NCBI GenBank assembly: GCA_964035575.1 | Contig: OZ037839.1 | Span: 682,001-746,000, forward strand | DNA: 64,000 nucleotides | Source: Rhynchopus sp. YZ270_cl-10 | Taxonomy: Eukaryota | Direction: 5' to 3' | Part shown: positions 9,996-20,000 of the stretch, piece by piece | How the letters are laid out: each line of letters opens with the position of its first letter | Numbering within the stretch: position 1 is the first letter of the stretch | Notes under the pieces: model-generated | What the model was told of the DNA's origin: nothing | Databases searched by the model: none | Seen by the model: only the letters and a program-made list of their open reading frames with translations | Translations under genes and position numbers: made by a program

Positions 9996-12818
9996 TCAGC
10001 AGATTCCACATTGCGACGACGTGGGTGTCGAAATCACCACAGGTTGCTGCTCTGCTCCTGCATGCTGACGTGACTCTGCCATGTGATCCCATGTCGCACG
10101 CATTGAGAGAAGTTTGTTGCGCAAGAGTTCCTTTTCTGCTGAATCTGTGCAATCAGTGAATCGCTGAATCAGTTCGTTCTGCACTTCCTCCTGCATGCTG
10201 ACAACCCCACGCAGTGTGTTGGAGCCTGTTCTGTTTGTCACATCTGTTCTGGAAACATCGGCATCAACAGGTTGTCGTTCTGCTCCTGCATGTTGACGTG
10301 ACTCTGCCATGTGTTCCCATGTCGCACGCATTGAGAGAAGTTTGTTGCGCAAGAGTTCCTTCTCTGTTGAATCTGTGCAATCAGTGAATCGCTGAATCAG
10401 TTCTTTCTGCACTTCCTCCTGCATGCTGACAACTTGGCGAAGTGTGTTGGAGACTCTTCTGTTTGTCACATCTGTTCTGGAAACATCGGCATCAACAGGT
10501 TGTTGCTCTGCTCCTGCATGCTGACGTGACTCTGCCATGTGTTCCCATGTCGCACGCATTGAGAGAAGTTTGTTGCGCAAGAGTTCCTTCTCTGTTGAAT
10601 CTGTGCAATCAGTGAATCGCTGAATCAGTTCTTTCTGCACTTCCTCCTGCATGCTGACAACTTGGCGAAGTGTGTTGGAGGCTCTTCTGTTTGTCACATC
10701 TGTTCTGGAAACATCGGCATCAACAGGTTGTTGCTCTGCTCCTGCATGCTGACGTGACTCTGCCATGTGTTCCCATGTCGCACGCATTGAGAGAAGTTTG
10801 TTGCGCAAGAGTTCCTTCTCTGTTGAATCTGTGCAATCAGTGAATCGCTGAATCAGTTCTTTCTGCACTTCCTCCTGCATGCTGACAACTTGGCGAAGTG
10901 TGTTGGAGACTCTTCTGTTTGTCACATCTGTTCTGGAAACATCGGCATCAACAGGTTGTTGCTCTGCTCCTGCATGCTGACGTGACTCTGCCATGTGTTC
11001 CCATGTCGCACGCATTGAGAGAAGTTTGTTGCGCAAGAGTTCCTTTTCTGCTGAATCTGTGCAATCAGTGAATCGCTGAATCAGTTCTTTCTGCACTTCC
11101 TCCTGCATGCTGACAACTTGACCAAGTGTGACAACTTCAGCAGCAACAAGTGGAAGCTCCGGTGTCATGTGTTCCCAAGCAACACGAATTGGTTCAAGTT
11201 TCTCGCGCAAGCGCTTCTTTGCTGCTGAGTCCATTTGACTCAGTTCGCTGAGTGTTGCTGTGTTTGTCACATCTGCCTGGATGTCGGCAACGTCGGCATC
11301 AACGACGCCACCTGCCTGATCCACTTCCTGCCCCACGCCTACCATAAGATAACGCACAGTCTCCGTGCCTCCCTCTTCCGCAGCAGTAATCAGACATGTC
11401 ACCTTCTGTGTTTTATGATTTTTTCTGGTCCCTGCAGTAGCTTCAAAGTGCTGTGATAGCTCCTCGATATGTTCTGTGACACGCAGTTCCGCACCAGCTT
11501 GCACCAACAGATTCACAATGTCGCGGTTCTTTCCCATGAATTTACAGACAAGAGGCGAAGGTCCTCTGTCGTCCCATTTCTCGATGCGTGCACCTGAATC
11601 AATGAGCTCCTGCACCTTAGCTGCATATGATTTGGGGTAACGCGCTGCTGCATCGAAACGGATATTGCCACTGCCCTGTATATGCAGCCGTGCACCCGCT
11701 TCAAGCAACATCCTCACGATATGGACCTCACCCGCCCGACAAGCCATCATCAGAGGCGAACAGATCAACTCGCTCTTTGCTTCCACGTCTGCACCTGCAT
11801 CAATGAGCATCTGTATCACATCTGCATGGTTTAGCTGACGGATGCTTCCCAGTGTGTGGTGCAACGCAGTCCAGTGCTCAGCATCAACGAGGTCCACACC
11901 CACCTCTGGCATGCACAGAAGGCTCTCCACAATCGTCGTGAATCCTTCAGCAGACGCAATCATGAGACATGTCAGCCCATCTCGGTCTCTTGCACCCACA
12001 TCCGCACCTGCTCGAACAAGTACCTTCACAACATCATTCGCGTCTGAGAAGCAACCGAGCAACAGAGGCGAATACCGCATGCCATTCTTTTTGTCGATGT
12101 CTGCACCTGCATCAATGAGCACCTGCACCACATCTGCATATGCTTCCTCTGCTGACCTGTGCAAGGCAGTGTTTGCGTCCGGACCACCTACCTGATTCAC
12201 ATCCACCTGCCCCAAGCTCACAAGATAGCGCACAGTATCCGTGTGTCCCCCACATGAAGCAGCGAGAAGACATGTGTCGCCGTTGTCGTTTGTGACACGC
12301 AGTTTCGCACCAGCTTGCACCAACACCTTCACAGTGTCGAGGCACCCTCTCGAGCACGCATGGAGAAGAGGCGTACGTCCTTCAGAGTCCTTTTTGTCGA
12401 TGTCTGCCCCTGCATCAATGAGCACCTGCACCGCGTCAACATGGTTTTGGCGCACTGCCTTGTGCAACGCAGTGGACTTGTGACACCCACCTAGCTGATT
12501 CACATCCACCTGCCCCAAGCCCACAAGATAGCGCACAGTCTCCGTGTGTCCCTCGCGCGAAGCAACGCTAAGACATGTGTTGCCGTCGTTGTCTTTGACA
12601 CGCAGTTTCGCACCAGCTTGCACCAACACCTTCACAATATCGAGGCACCCTTCCTTGCACGCAAGGAGAAGAGGCGTATGTCCTTCAGAGTCCTCTTCCT
12701 CGATGTCTGCCCCTGCATCAATGAGCACCTGTACCAGATCTGGATGCTTTAGATCCACTGCCTCGTGCAACGTAGTGTTGCTGTGGTTGTCTGCGCCTTG
12801 CACATGTTTGTTGCCCAT
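9996..12818 (-). CDS. Ankyrin-repeat protein with about five tandem 76-aa repeats (module 2)
   Basis: 940-aa ORF with a long ANK array (TPLLLAC, TALHKAV, DAGADI) followed by 228-bp tandem units. Confidence 0.85.
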   Translation of the reverse strand: MGNKHVQGADNHSNTTLHEAVDLKHPDLVQVLIDAGADIEEEDSEGHTPLLLACKEGCLDIVKVLVQAGAKLRVKDNDGNTCLSVASREGHTETVRYLVGLGQVDVNQLGGCHKSTALHKAVRQNHVDAVQVLIDAGADIDKKDSEGRTPLLHACSRGCLDTVKVLVQAGAKLRVTNDNGDTCLLAASCGGHTDTVRYLVSLGQVDVNQVGGPDANTALHRSAEEAYADVVQVLIDAGADIDKKNGMRYSPLLLGCFSDANDVVKVLVRAGADVGARDRDGLTCLMIASAEGFTTIVESLLCMPEVGVDLVDAEHWTALHHTLGSIRQLNHADVIQMLIDAGADVEAKSELICSPLMMACRAGEVHIVRMLLEAGARLHIQGSGNIRFDAAARYPKSYAAKVQELIDSGARIEKWDDRGPSPLVCKFMGKNRDIVNLLVQAGAELRVTEHIEELSQHFEATAGTRKNHKTQKVTCLITAAEEGGTETVRYLMVGVGQEVDQAGGVVDADVADIQADVTNTATLSELSQMDSAAKKRLREKLEPIRVAWEHMTPELPLVAAEVVTLGQVVSMQEEVQKELIQRFTDCTDSAEKELLRNKLLSMRATWEHMAESRQHAGAEQQPVDADVSRTDVTNRRVSNTLRQVVSMQEEVQKELIQRFTDCTDSTEKELLRNKLLSMRATWEHMAESRQHAGAEQQPVDADVSRTDVTNRRASNTLRQVVSMQEEVQKELIQRFTDCTDSTEKELLRNKLLSMRATWEHMAESRQHAGAEQQPVDADVSRTDVTNRRVSNTLRQVVSMQEEVQKELIQRFTDCTDSTEKELLRNKLLSMRATWEHMAESRQHAGAERQPVDADVSRTDVTNRTGSNTLRGVVSMQEEVQNELIQRFTDCTDSAEKELLRNKLLSMRATWDHMAESRQHAGAEQQPVVISTPTSSQCGIC

Positions 12819-13647
12819 GTGTGTCGTTGCTGTGTCTTATGTTGTGTGTCTGTCAGTGGTGGAGTGACGTTACTCTTTGTGAAGAGGTGTGTGGATAGAG
12901 GAGAGGATAAGCACCCGGCATCACGCAGTATAGCTTCACTGTGCAACTGCAGTGAAGGACGCCTCCAAATGAGATGTGCGTTCTTCGGGTTATTTCATGA
13001 GTCTTTAGGTAAATGTTGGGTAAAATTCATATCGGCACCGAAACTTTAGGGAACCATAAGGAGGGAACCGGGAAACTGGTTCCCTGTTCCCCTAAGATTC
13101 TCCTCCTGTGAGGTGAAAGGTGAAAGGACTTGGACCCTCGACAGTTTTAGAACCAGCTCCTGTTCCTCAGGCGCGCGACAAATAGTGAATGTTGTTTTTT
13201 TGTTGTGTAGACAATCGCCGAGTAATCCCACCAGGTAGGAGAATTTGGGTCTGTACTCAATATTGGCCGAAGCCTTTGTACTACGGAAGGTATAGACGTC
13301 GTTCGTCCTGAACCCTTAAGAGCAACTTTTAGGATGAAAAGAACCTTCAAAGGGGTAGTCCGCATCAAGGTGTTGTACACCAATGCACGGCTACATGCTA
13401 AGAAGGGGGTGTTGGAGGTTACAGTTAATAAACTGCCCTCTTTTCAAAAGTGGAAAGGTAGAGGTGGGTATACAGCAGATTTCTATTTTTTTGCAATAAC
13501 CCTCTGTGACACATTTTACGCCCCCATCCCCCTCTCCTGAAAGATTTGTCAGTATGGAAAAACAAACAAAACTATCAAAGAACACTTTCCCTTTATATTT
13601 TCCAATTTTTTTATTTGCCAAAAGAATGCAGAAAAAAAATAGTAGAG

Positions 13648-13752
13648 TTGAAATACAAAGCCCTCTCGTAGCAGTGTACTTTTGGTACAAATGACCGGCT
13701 GTACCGGGGGGTCAACCATGCAGTCCTACATCCATTTTGTGGTTTACATCTG
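13648..13752. repeat. Dispersed ~110-250 bp repeat family (also ~17040, 17480, 26965, 29778, 51451, 55689, partial 59543)
   Basis: Recurring TTGAAATACAAAGCCCTCTCGTG..CAGTGTACCTTGGTACAAATGACCGG..CCATGCAGTCCTACATCCATTT..ACATCTGA, always in the same orientation. Confidence 0.8.
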
Positions 13753-13856
13753 AAAAAAAAATGTGCCTTTTGGTTCCAGCAGCCTTGGGGGTGATTTAAA
13801 ATCATCAGATTGGGGGCACTTTTTTTTCTGCCACTGATAAGATAGCAGAGTCCCCA

Positions 13857-16577
13857 CACGGCGGGGTCCAGCCTCTGAGCTGGAGTCAAAAGCGGGAGTC
13901 TCAACTAGCGGGTGTGGCACACCCGCTTTTCGGGTGTGGGACACCCGAAAAGCGGGTGTCCCACACCCGAAAAGCGGGTGTGCCACACCCGAAAATACAC
14001 GGGTTTGCCCAGGTACCCAGGTACCCAGGTACCCAGGTACCCAGGTACCCAGGTACCCAGGTACCCAGGTACCCAGGTACCCAGGTACCCAGGTACCCAG
14101 GTACCCAGGTACCCAGGTACCCAGGTCCAGGTACCCAGGAACAGGAAAAAAGTCGTGAAAGAGCAACCACAGCTCCACATGACAAACACAAAAGTGTCCA
14201 GTCACGTGGGGCATTCATGCACTGAGGAGATAATGATCCAACAATTTACAAGAAAGATTACTTAACCTACTGCTGGAAATTGCCAGGTCGTAGTAACACA
14301 CAAAGTGTGCCTCCGTTCGGGAAGACCGGATATTCTAGAGACCAAAAAGGCCTCAAGAATATCTTCCGGTAGTCAAGGTAGAACCGAGTGAACGGCCCAA
14401 GACCCCCGTGGAGAAGTTAAATGTTGTAATGCTATCAAGTAGAAACTGCGAACACTGTCTTACCCTCCTCAATGCATGGTGGTTGATGTCTTCCACAACA
14501 AATTTCCTGTACCCAGGTACCAGGTTCCCAGACCCACGCAGTACCACGTCGCAGTACTACGCAAAATTTACCACCAGACCCTGTCTTCGTGCACCTGAAG
14601 TACAACGCCGCAGACAGGCCAAACATGCGTTGGACTCAGAGGAATGCCCGCTGTGCAGGTATCAAACATGAGAACCAACTCCCAGCAACAAGGGGCGCCT
14701 TTTGGCGGGCGTTGTTGAGGGTGTTTGGGGTGCAAAGTTTTCCACAATTTTGATGCGCGGGTACAGAAGTGTTGTCTTGTTCTTTCATCTCTAGGAAATG
14801 TAAATGTCAATCGCGTTTAACTACCACGAGGGCTTGTTCAGTGAACCCACGAGGGGTCGAAGGGGGTTGGTTATCCCATATCTATCAAAGGTTGTGTCGA
14901 CCAGGCGAATCCACTATGTTACGCTGTACGTTGTTAAATCCGAAGAAATAACGCTTTAGCAGCCGCAGGAAGTTTGTTAAAAAGAGTGCCTCACGCTACA
15001 CAAACCACCACCCGCGATTGACTTAGATGTTATAACAAAGAGAATTCAGAACAAAACAACACCCTGCCCCATACACACTAAATTGTCATGCTTCAAGAGC
15101 ATGCCTGGGCCAAAATTACTTGACAAAAAAGGCAACAAGACCACCCACAAGGAGTGTGAAATGTGCACTGGATTTCTGGGGGAACGCAATATTTTCTTGT
15201 GCCTCGTCCTCCGTAAGCAGAGGACAGACTTTCCGGAAGGTTTCCAAAGTCGAATTTCTTGCACTAGCTATGCTCTCTGGGTTAATGGCTATAGCAGTGA
15301 CTGACAAAGTGTTCCCACCCCCCTTCCACTCCCAGATCTTCGTCCGCCAACTCAGAATTGATGCAGCTGAACGCGTGTGAGTTGTTGAATGTCGAGACAC
15401 GGCGAAGCTTCACATCGCAATCGATGATGCAGTTCAGATTTCACGATCCTGTGATGAGTGGAAATGTGGGGTGTGATTAAGTTGTGGTCGCTTGGATAAT
15501 AACTATTTATTGCCGTGAAGTAAGGTAGCCTTTTATTCACCCCCAAAAAAAGTTCACTGTTTTTGGCCGGTGCTCGGGGACTACTACTTTGTAAATCGGA
15601 ATAAAAGAAGTTAATTTGGTGTGGCTGACCCGAAAGTTTGGACCCTTTGGGGCCATTCTTGAGCCATCCAAACTGCAAAATCAGCCACACCATAATTGAT
15701 GACTTTAGGAAAAATGGTTACCCTGGATTTGAGGATGTAAAAAGACAGGGACGCGAAAGGTAATGTAAAACCCCATATGTTTAGTGAATATTGTATTTTT
15801 TGTGTGGGGAGATGAAACCATACCTTGTCTGCACAGTCACCATTGTTGCACGTCTCTGAGGGACAGAAGCTTCTGAAAGCTTCCGATATGAATTTTACCC
15901 AAAGAAAAAAGCAAGAAAAAGATATTACTTTTGGTGTCGCTACTAGTAATACGACAGGTGAATAAGTATGACAGGTGGAAAGCCATGTCAGTGTCGCAGG
16001 ATGCTGTGAGGGTGTCGAACAAAAATGAACAACCTCACCCCAGTGATGCAAGGTGGGTTTGAGTGCTTTTTGAGGGTTTTTATGCAAAAAACGCAAAAAT
16101 CGGGTGTGTTGACCCTCTGGGGTATACAAATACAAGTCTATGAACAATCACCAAAACAGTGGTAGACAAGGCGCTTTTTGACCCCCCCAAAAAAAAAAAT
16201 CCCCAAAATCGGCGTGTAGGTCATAAAATGGCCCAAAAAGTACAAAGAAAACTTCCAAATGACTTTTTCGAGAAAAATTGTCACAAGTCAAAATTTCTGT
16301 GGAAAAAACCTCAAAAACGCGTTTTAGACCCCTAGAAAGGCTCAAAACTGCTCAATTCTGGCTGGAATTGCAAAATTGGGCACTTTTAGGGCATGACCAA
16401 AAAAATTTTCGAGAGTCTAGTTAGTACAGAGGCGCACCTTAGAAGGTTTTTGACACCCGCTTTTCGGGTGTCCCACACCCGCTTTTCGGGTGTGGGACAC
16501 CCGAAAAGCGGGTGTGGGTCACACCCGCTAGTTGAGGCTCCCGTTTGACTCCAGCTCAGAGGATGGACCCCACCGTG
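13857..16577. mobile_element. Non-autonomous TIR DNA transposon (CAC...GTG ends, 2-bp TSD; CACTA/CMC-like)
   Basis: TIRs CACGGCGGGGTCCAGCCTCTGAGCTGGAGTCAAA / TTTGACTCCAGCTCAGAGGATGGACCCCACCGTG; subterminal CACACCCG/CGGGTGTG repeats; CA on both flanks; no intact internal ORF. Confidence 0.75.
14008..14139. repeat. (CCCAGGTA)n 8-bp tandem repeat, about 16 copies
   Basis: Read directly from the sequence; it explains the spurious WVPGYLGT ORFs. Confidence 0.95.
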
Positions 16578-17163
16578 CAACGACTAGCTTGGCACCCCCT
16601 CCCCCTTTGCGGGGCTCATGTCTCTACCGTATCGTCAACGCGTCCTCTCCTGTACTGTTCTGCACACATAGAGGCTCTTCCACGACAGACACGCTGAGCA
16701 GTATTTGAGGAGAACCGTGCGCACATTGACCCCACTCACCAAACAGCTCGCAAACCCTCAATGCAGTCTCAATGAGAGAACGCAGCAATTCTGTCGGCAC
16801 AGCATAGATATGTGTAGACGGGCAAGCTCAGGGTTGCAGTTGTGCAGATCTGTCATGGAATGTCCGCGAGGCTGCTTGATATATGCAAAATAAAACAAAC
16901 AAAACAAAGAAGAAAGCAGAAAAGAAGAAAAGAAGAAAAAATCTGAAAGATATAAAAAAAAATAGTAACATTATCGCGTTCAACATCTGAAAACAAATCA
17001 AGGGGCCACCTCACCTACTGGCCTCAATAATAAAGCTTTGACTTGAAATACAACCGCCCCTCTCGTGAACAGTTGTACCTTTGGTGTACCGGGGGGTGGA
17101 CACCCAACCATGCAAACAACACCTTTGCAATAAAGGCAAAGGGAAAAAGGTGATAGGCACCTT

Positions 17164-17346
17164 CACGACGGTGAAGTAAATGACATGACATGTGCTTTAC
17201 ATGTAACTTTTTTTACATGTAAAGTGACATGTGCCATAGGTAAAATGACCTGCGAGTACATGTCACTTTACACTGCTTCACACTGCTTTTCACGTGTCAT
17301 TTTACATGTAAAAGGCACATGTCATGTCATTTACTTCACTGTCGTG
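17164..17346. mobile_element. MITE, CACGAC.GTGAAGTAAA TIR, 2-bp TSD (TT)
   Basis: CACGACGGTGAAGTAAATGACATGACATGTGC ... GCACATGTCATGTCATTTACTTCACTGTCGTG, with TT on both flanks. Confidence 0.8.
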
Positions 17347-18106
17347 TTGAAAAAAAACCCCCCTCCCTCACCTCCCCTCCCCCAGCCTAGCCACTTGTAA
17401 AAGTGACTGGGGGGTTTTTTTTGCAGTATACTGAGATTCATGAAAGCTTTTGCTCCACCCCCACCCCCGGAAAAAAAATTGACTTGAAATACAAAGCCCT
17501 TCTTGTCACAACCTGGGTGGACCCCGACCATGCAGTCCTACATCCATTTTGTGGTTTACATCTGACATCTGATATGCCCTACCGGAAAAGAAAGTTACTT
17601 GAAAAACAACCGCTCGTGACAGTGTACCAAGAAAAGAGAAGGAAATATCCCATGTGAACCCGGACCAAGTGTACGTATTCTAAACAATGAAATTGCACAT
17701 AAGATAGGGCAAGAATACTGCCCATGACATAAACTGATTTCAAACCACACCCCCACACCCGAGACGTCCATCACGCTGCAGCACTGTGCAGCAGGTACCC
17801 CACCCCTTCATTGTGTACGACTCCTTCTCCTTCCCTCATCATTGACTGTTGTGTTGTGAGGTTTTTTTGAATGCTAAACAGAGTTTATGGGGAAGCAATA
17901 GTAACGCTGACAGGGTAAAAGGAGGGGAAAAAGGTGGTCCACTCGTTGAGTGCTTGGGAATACATTGTGTACAGGCGGGGTGATTCGCACTTCTTGCACA
18001 CTTTTTGCGGCCATTCAGCCACACCACATTATTGTTACTGGGGATGCGCCCAATGAAAATCACTTTGTATAGAAGAGCTCAATAATGTAGGTTTTGTTAT
18101 TTCTTT

Positions 18107-19924
18107 TCATTTACATACTCCTAGGGCGAGCCGCAAGGCGTCCAACCCGTGGCCTTCTGGGATGTGCTGTGTGGTGCTGTCGTTCTCGTTGAAGTCGTCG
18201 AACTCATCGTCTTCGTCTTCGTCTTCGTCTTCACACTTTTCGGATGGTTCCTTTACAACCCCTGATGCATTTTCGATCCCCACCCTGCTATCGTGCAGGG
18301 AGGACAACGCATTCGATGTTGCTGTGCTTGTTCTCTTGGCACGGTGGACCCTTGCAAAACGTTGTATAGTGCACGCAGCGGCCACGCGTGGATCGTTTTC
18401 GGTTGCCTCAGCCGCCGTCTTTGTGCTGATGTATCTTTCGTATGCAGCACGCTTCTTTGTGAATGAAATTTTTGCAATCATTTTGCGCGCATTTCTTTGG
18501 ATAATCATTGCCTTTTGGACCCGAATCTCGGTGACGGACACCGTTGAAATAATATACGCACGGTATGCCTTGCGCCTGCTCTGCACAACCTTCCTTGCAG
18601 CATAGCACCTGAAACACCGCTGCATAGTACACACCGCTTCCTCAGCGCCTCCTCCTACCTTCTCTCTGTTCACTCTGCTCTCCACCAGAACATTGCACTG
18701 TGATGTCCTTCTGGTGTACTCACGCTTTGCCAGTATATTCCGCGCAAATCGTTGCAAAGTGCACACCGCCTGCGTTTCTCCGGTTTTAACAGTTTTATGT
18801 CCGTTCCGTCCCCCCGCTTTTACTCCAGAAGGCTTTGTGGGGACATGCTTTTCCTCTCCGAGCAGTCTACTCAGCTGTACCTTCACCTCTGCGGTGTATT
18901 CTGCTGCTGACAAACGAGGGGTGGGACCGGTCCGTTCTGCCTCTGTTTTGTACACGGGGAGGCTCCTTTCGTCGGAGATAATACGCAACTCCGCCTGCCT
19001 AAACGCAAGCGAAATGTCCTTCCTCGCCTCCGCCTGCTCCGATACCACCACCCGACGTGCATGGTCCTCGTTTATCCCCATGGGAACAACATTCTTTGCT
19101 GGCAGCGCCTCCTCGGGTGGTGGCGCGAACTCTTTCACAACAGGGTCATGCAAAGGCACCGACCCTGGCGGGGAAGGTGTATACACCCCTCTCTCCGGAA
19201 GGTTTGCGTAACTGTGCGACACCGGCGCCGTCGCACTAAACGGCCTCTGCATAGGAAGAACACTGGGAACACTGGTCATATCCCCTTCAATTCTCCCTCC
19301 GACGGTGCGGCGATCTAATGCTGGTGTGCCTGCACGTTGAAATAGGGCACCTCCATAACGGTGCGGCTGTACTGCTGGACAGCCTTTGGTGCGTGCAGAG
19401 ATGATGCGGCCGCGGAGGTCAGCTTCGTTGTCTCGAATGTCACTGCGGAGAGTAGATTCGGCTACCGCGTTGTAAAGGATATTGGTGGTATGTGACGTTG
19501 CGGTGGTGTTCAATTTTGCGTGAATTTGAGTAAATCCTGCCGCAATTCTGGTGGATTGTTCTTGAGTGTTGATCAAAACCCGAGCAAAGGATTCGTCCGC
19601 GCTGATCGCAAGAAAACGACGCCTGCGGAACTCCGCGCCAGCATGATATTCCCTCTCCACCTGCTCCTCCGCAGCGAAGTTTCTGGTCTGTCTTCCGGCC
19701 CGTTTTGCTTGCTCTCTAGCCCCGCGGCACTGCTCCAATCTACGCCACACAGCCTCGCCTACGGCAGCCAGCTCCCCTAAGGCGCCTCGCTCACCCTGCG
19801 CAACAGAAATGCGGCCGTACTCCTCCTCCTTCTCCACACCCCGAAGGGCCTCCCCCAGGCATATCCCTGCACCCCAAGGGAACAGATGTGAGGCAGGCAC
19901 CTCGCCAACAGACCCGCACGCCAT
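18107..19924 (-). CDS. IQ-motif (calmodulin-binding) coiled-coil protein
   Basis: 605-aa ORF with four IQ-like motifs (CTLQRFARNILAKR, CTMQRCFRCYAARK, IIQRNARKMIAK, CTIQRFARVHRAKR) and an acidic tail. Confidence 0.75.
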   Translation of the reverse strand: MACGSVGEVPASHLFPWGAGICLGEALRGVEKEEEYGRISVAQGERGALGELAAVGEAVWRRLEQCRGAREQAKRAGRQTRNFAAEEQVEREYHAGAEFRRRRFLAISADESFARVLINTQEQSTRIAAGFTQIHAKLNTTATSHTTNILYNAVAESTLRSDIRDNEADLRGRIISARTKGCPAVQPHRYGGALFQRAGTPALDRRTVGGRIEGDMTSVPSVLPMQRPFSATAPVSHSYANLPERGVYTPSPPGSVPLHDPVVKEFAPPPEEALPAKNVVPMGINEDHARRVVVSEQAEARKDISLAFRQAELRIISDERSLPVYKTEAERTGPTPRLSAAEYTAEVKVQLSRLLGEEKHVPTKPSGVKAGGRNGHKTVKTGETQAVCTLQRFARNILAKREYTRRTSQCNVLVESRVNREKVGGGAEEAVCTMQRCFRCYAARKVVQSRRKAYRAYIISTVSVTEIRVQKAMIIQRNARKMIAKISFTKKRAAYERYISTKTAAEATENDPRVAAACTIQRFARVHRAKRTSTATSNALSSLHDSRVGIENASGVVKEPSEKCEDEDEDEDDEFDDFNENDSTTQHIPEGHGLDALRLALGVCK

Positions 19925-20000
19925 ATTTAAAACAAAAAAAAATCACCCCCAGAAATAAGGAGGCCTGTCAAAGGAATGATGGGGGGGGGGGGGGGGGGGT

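Noticed and set aside
13744..14265. ORFs with WVPGYLGT / PRYPGTQV repeats
   Set aside because: Translation of an 8-bp tandem repeat inside a TIR element.
14350..15450. Possible transposase remnant in the 13857-16577 element
   Set aside because: Only short Cys/His-rich fragments with stops; no DDE motif recognised.
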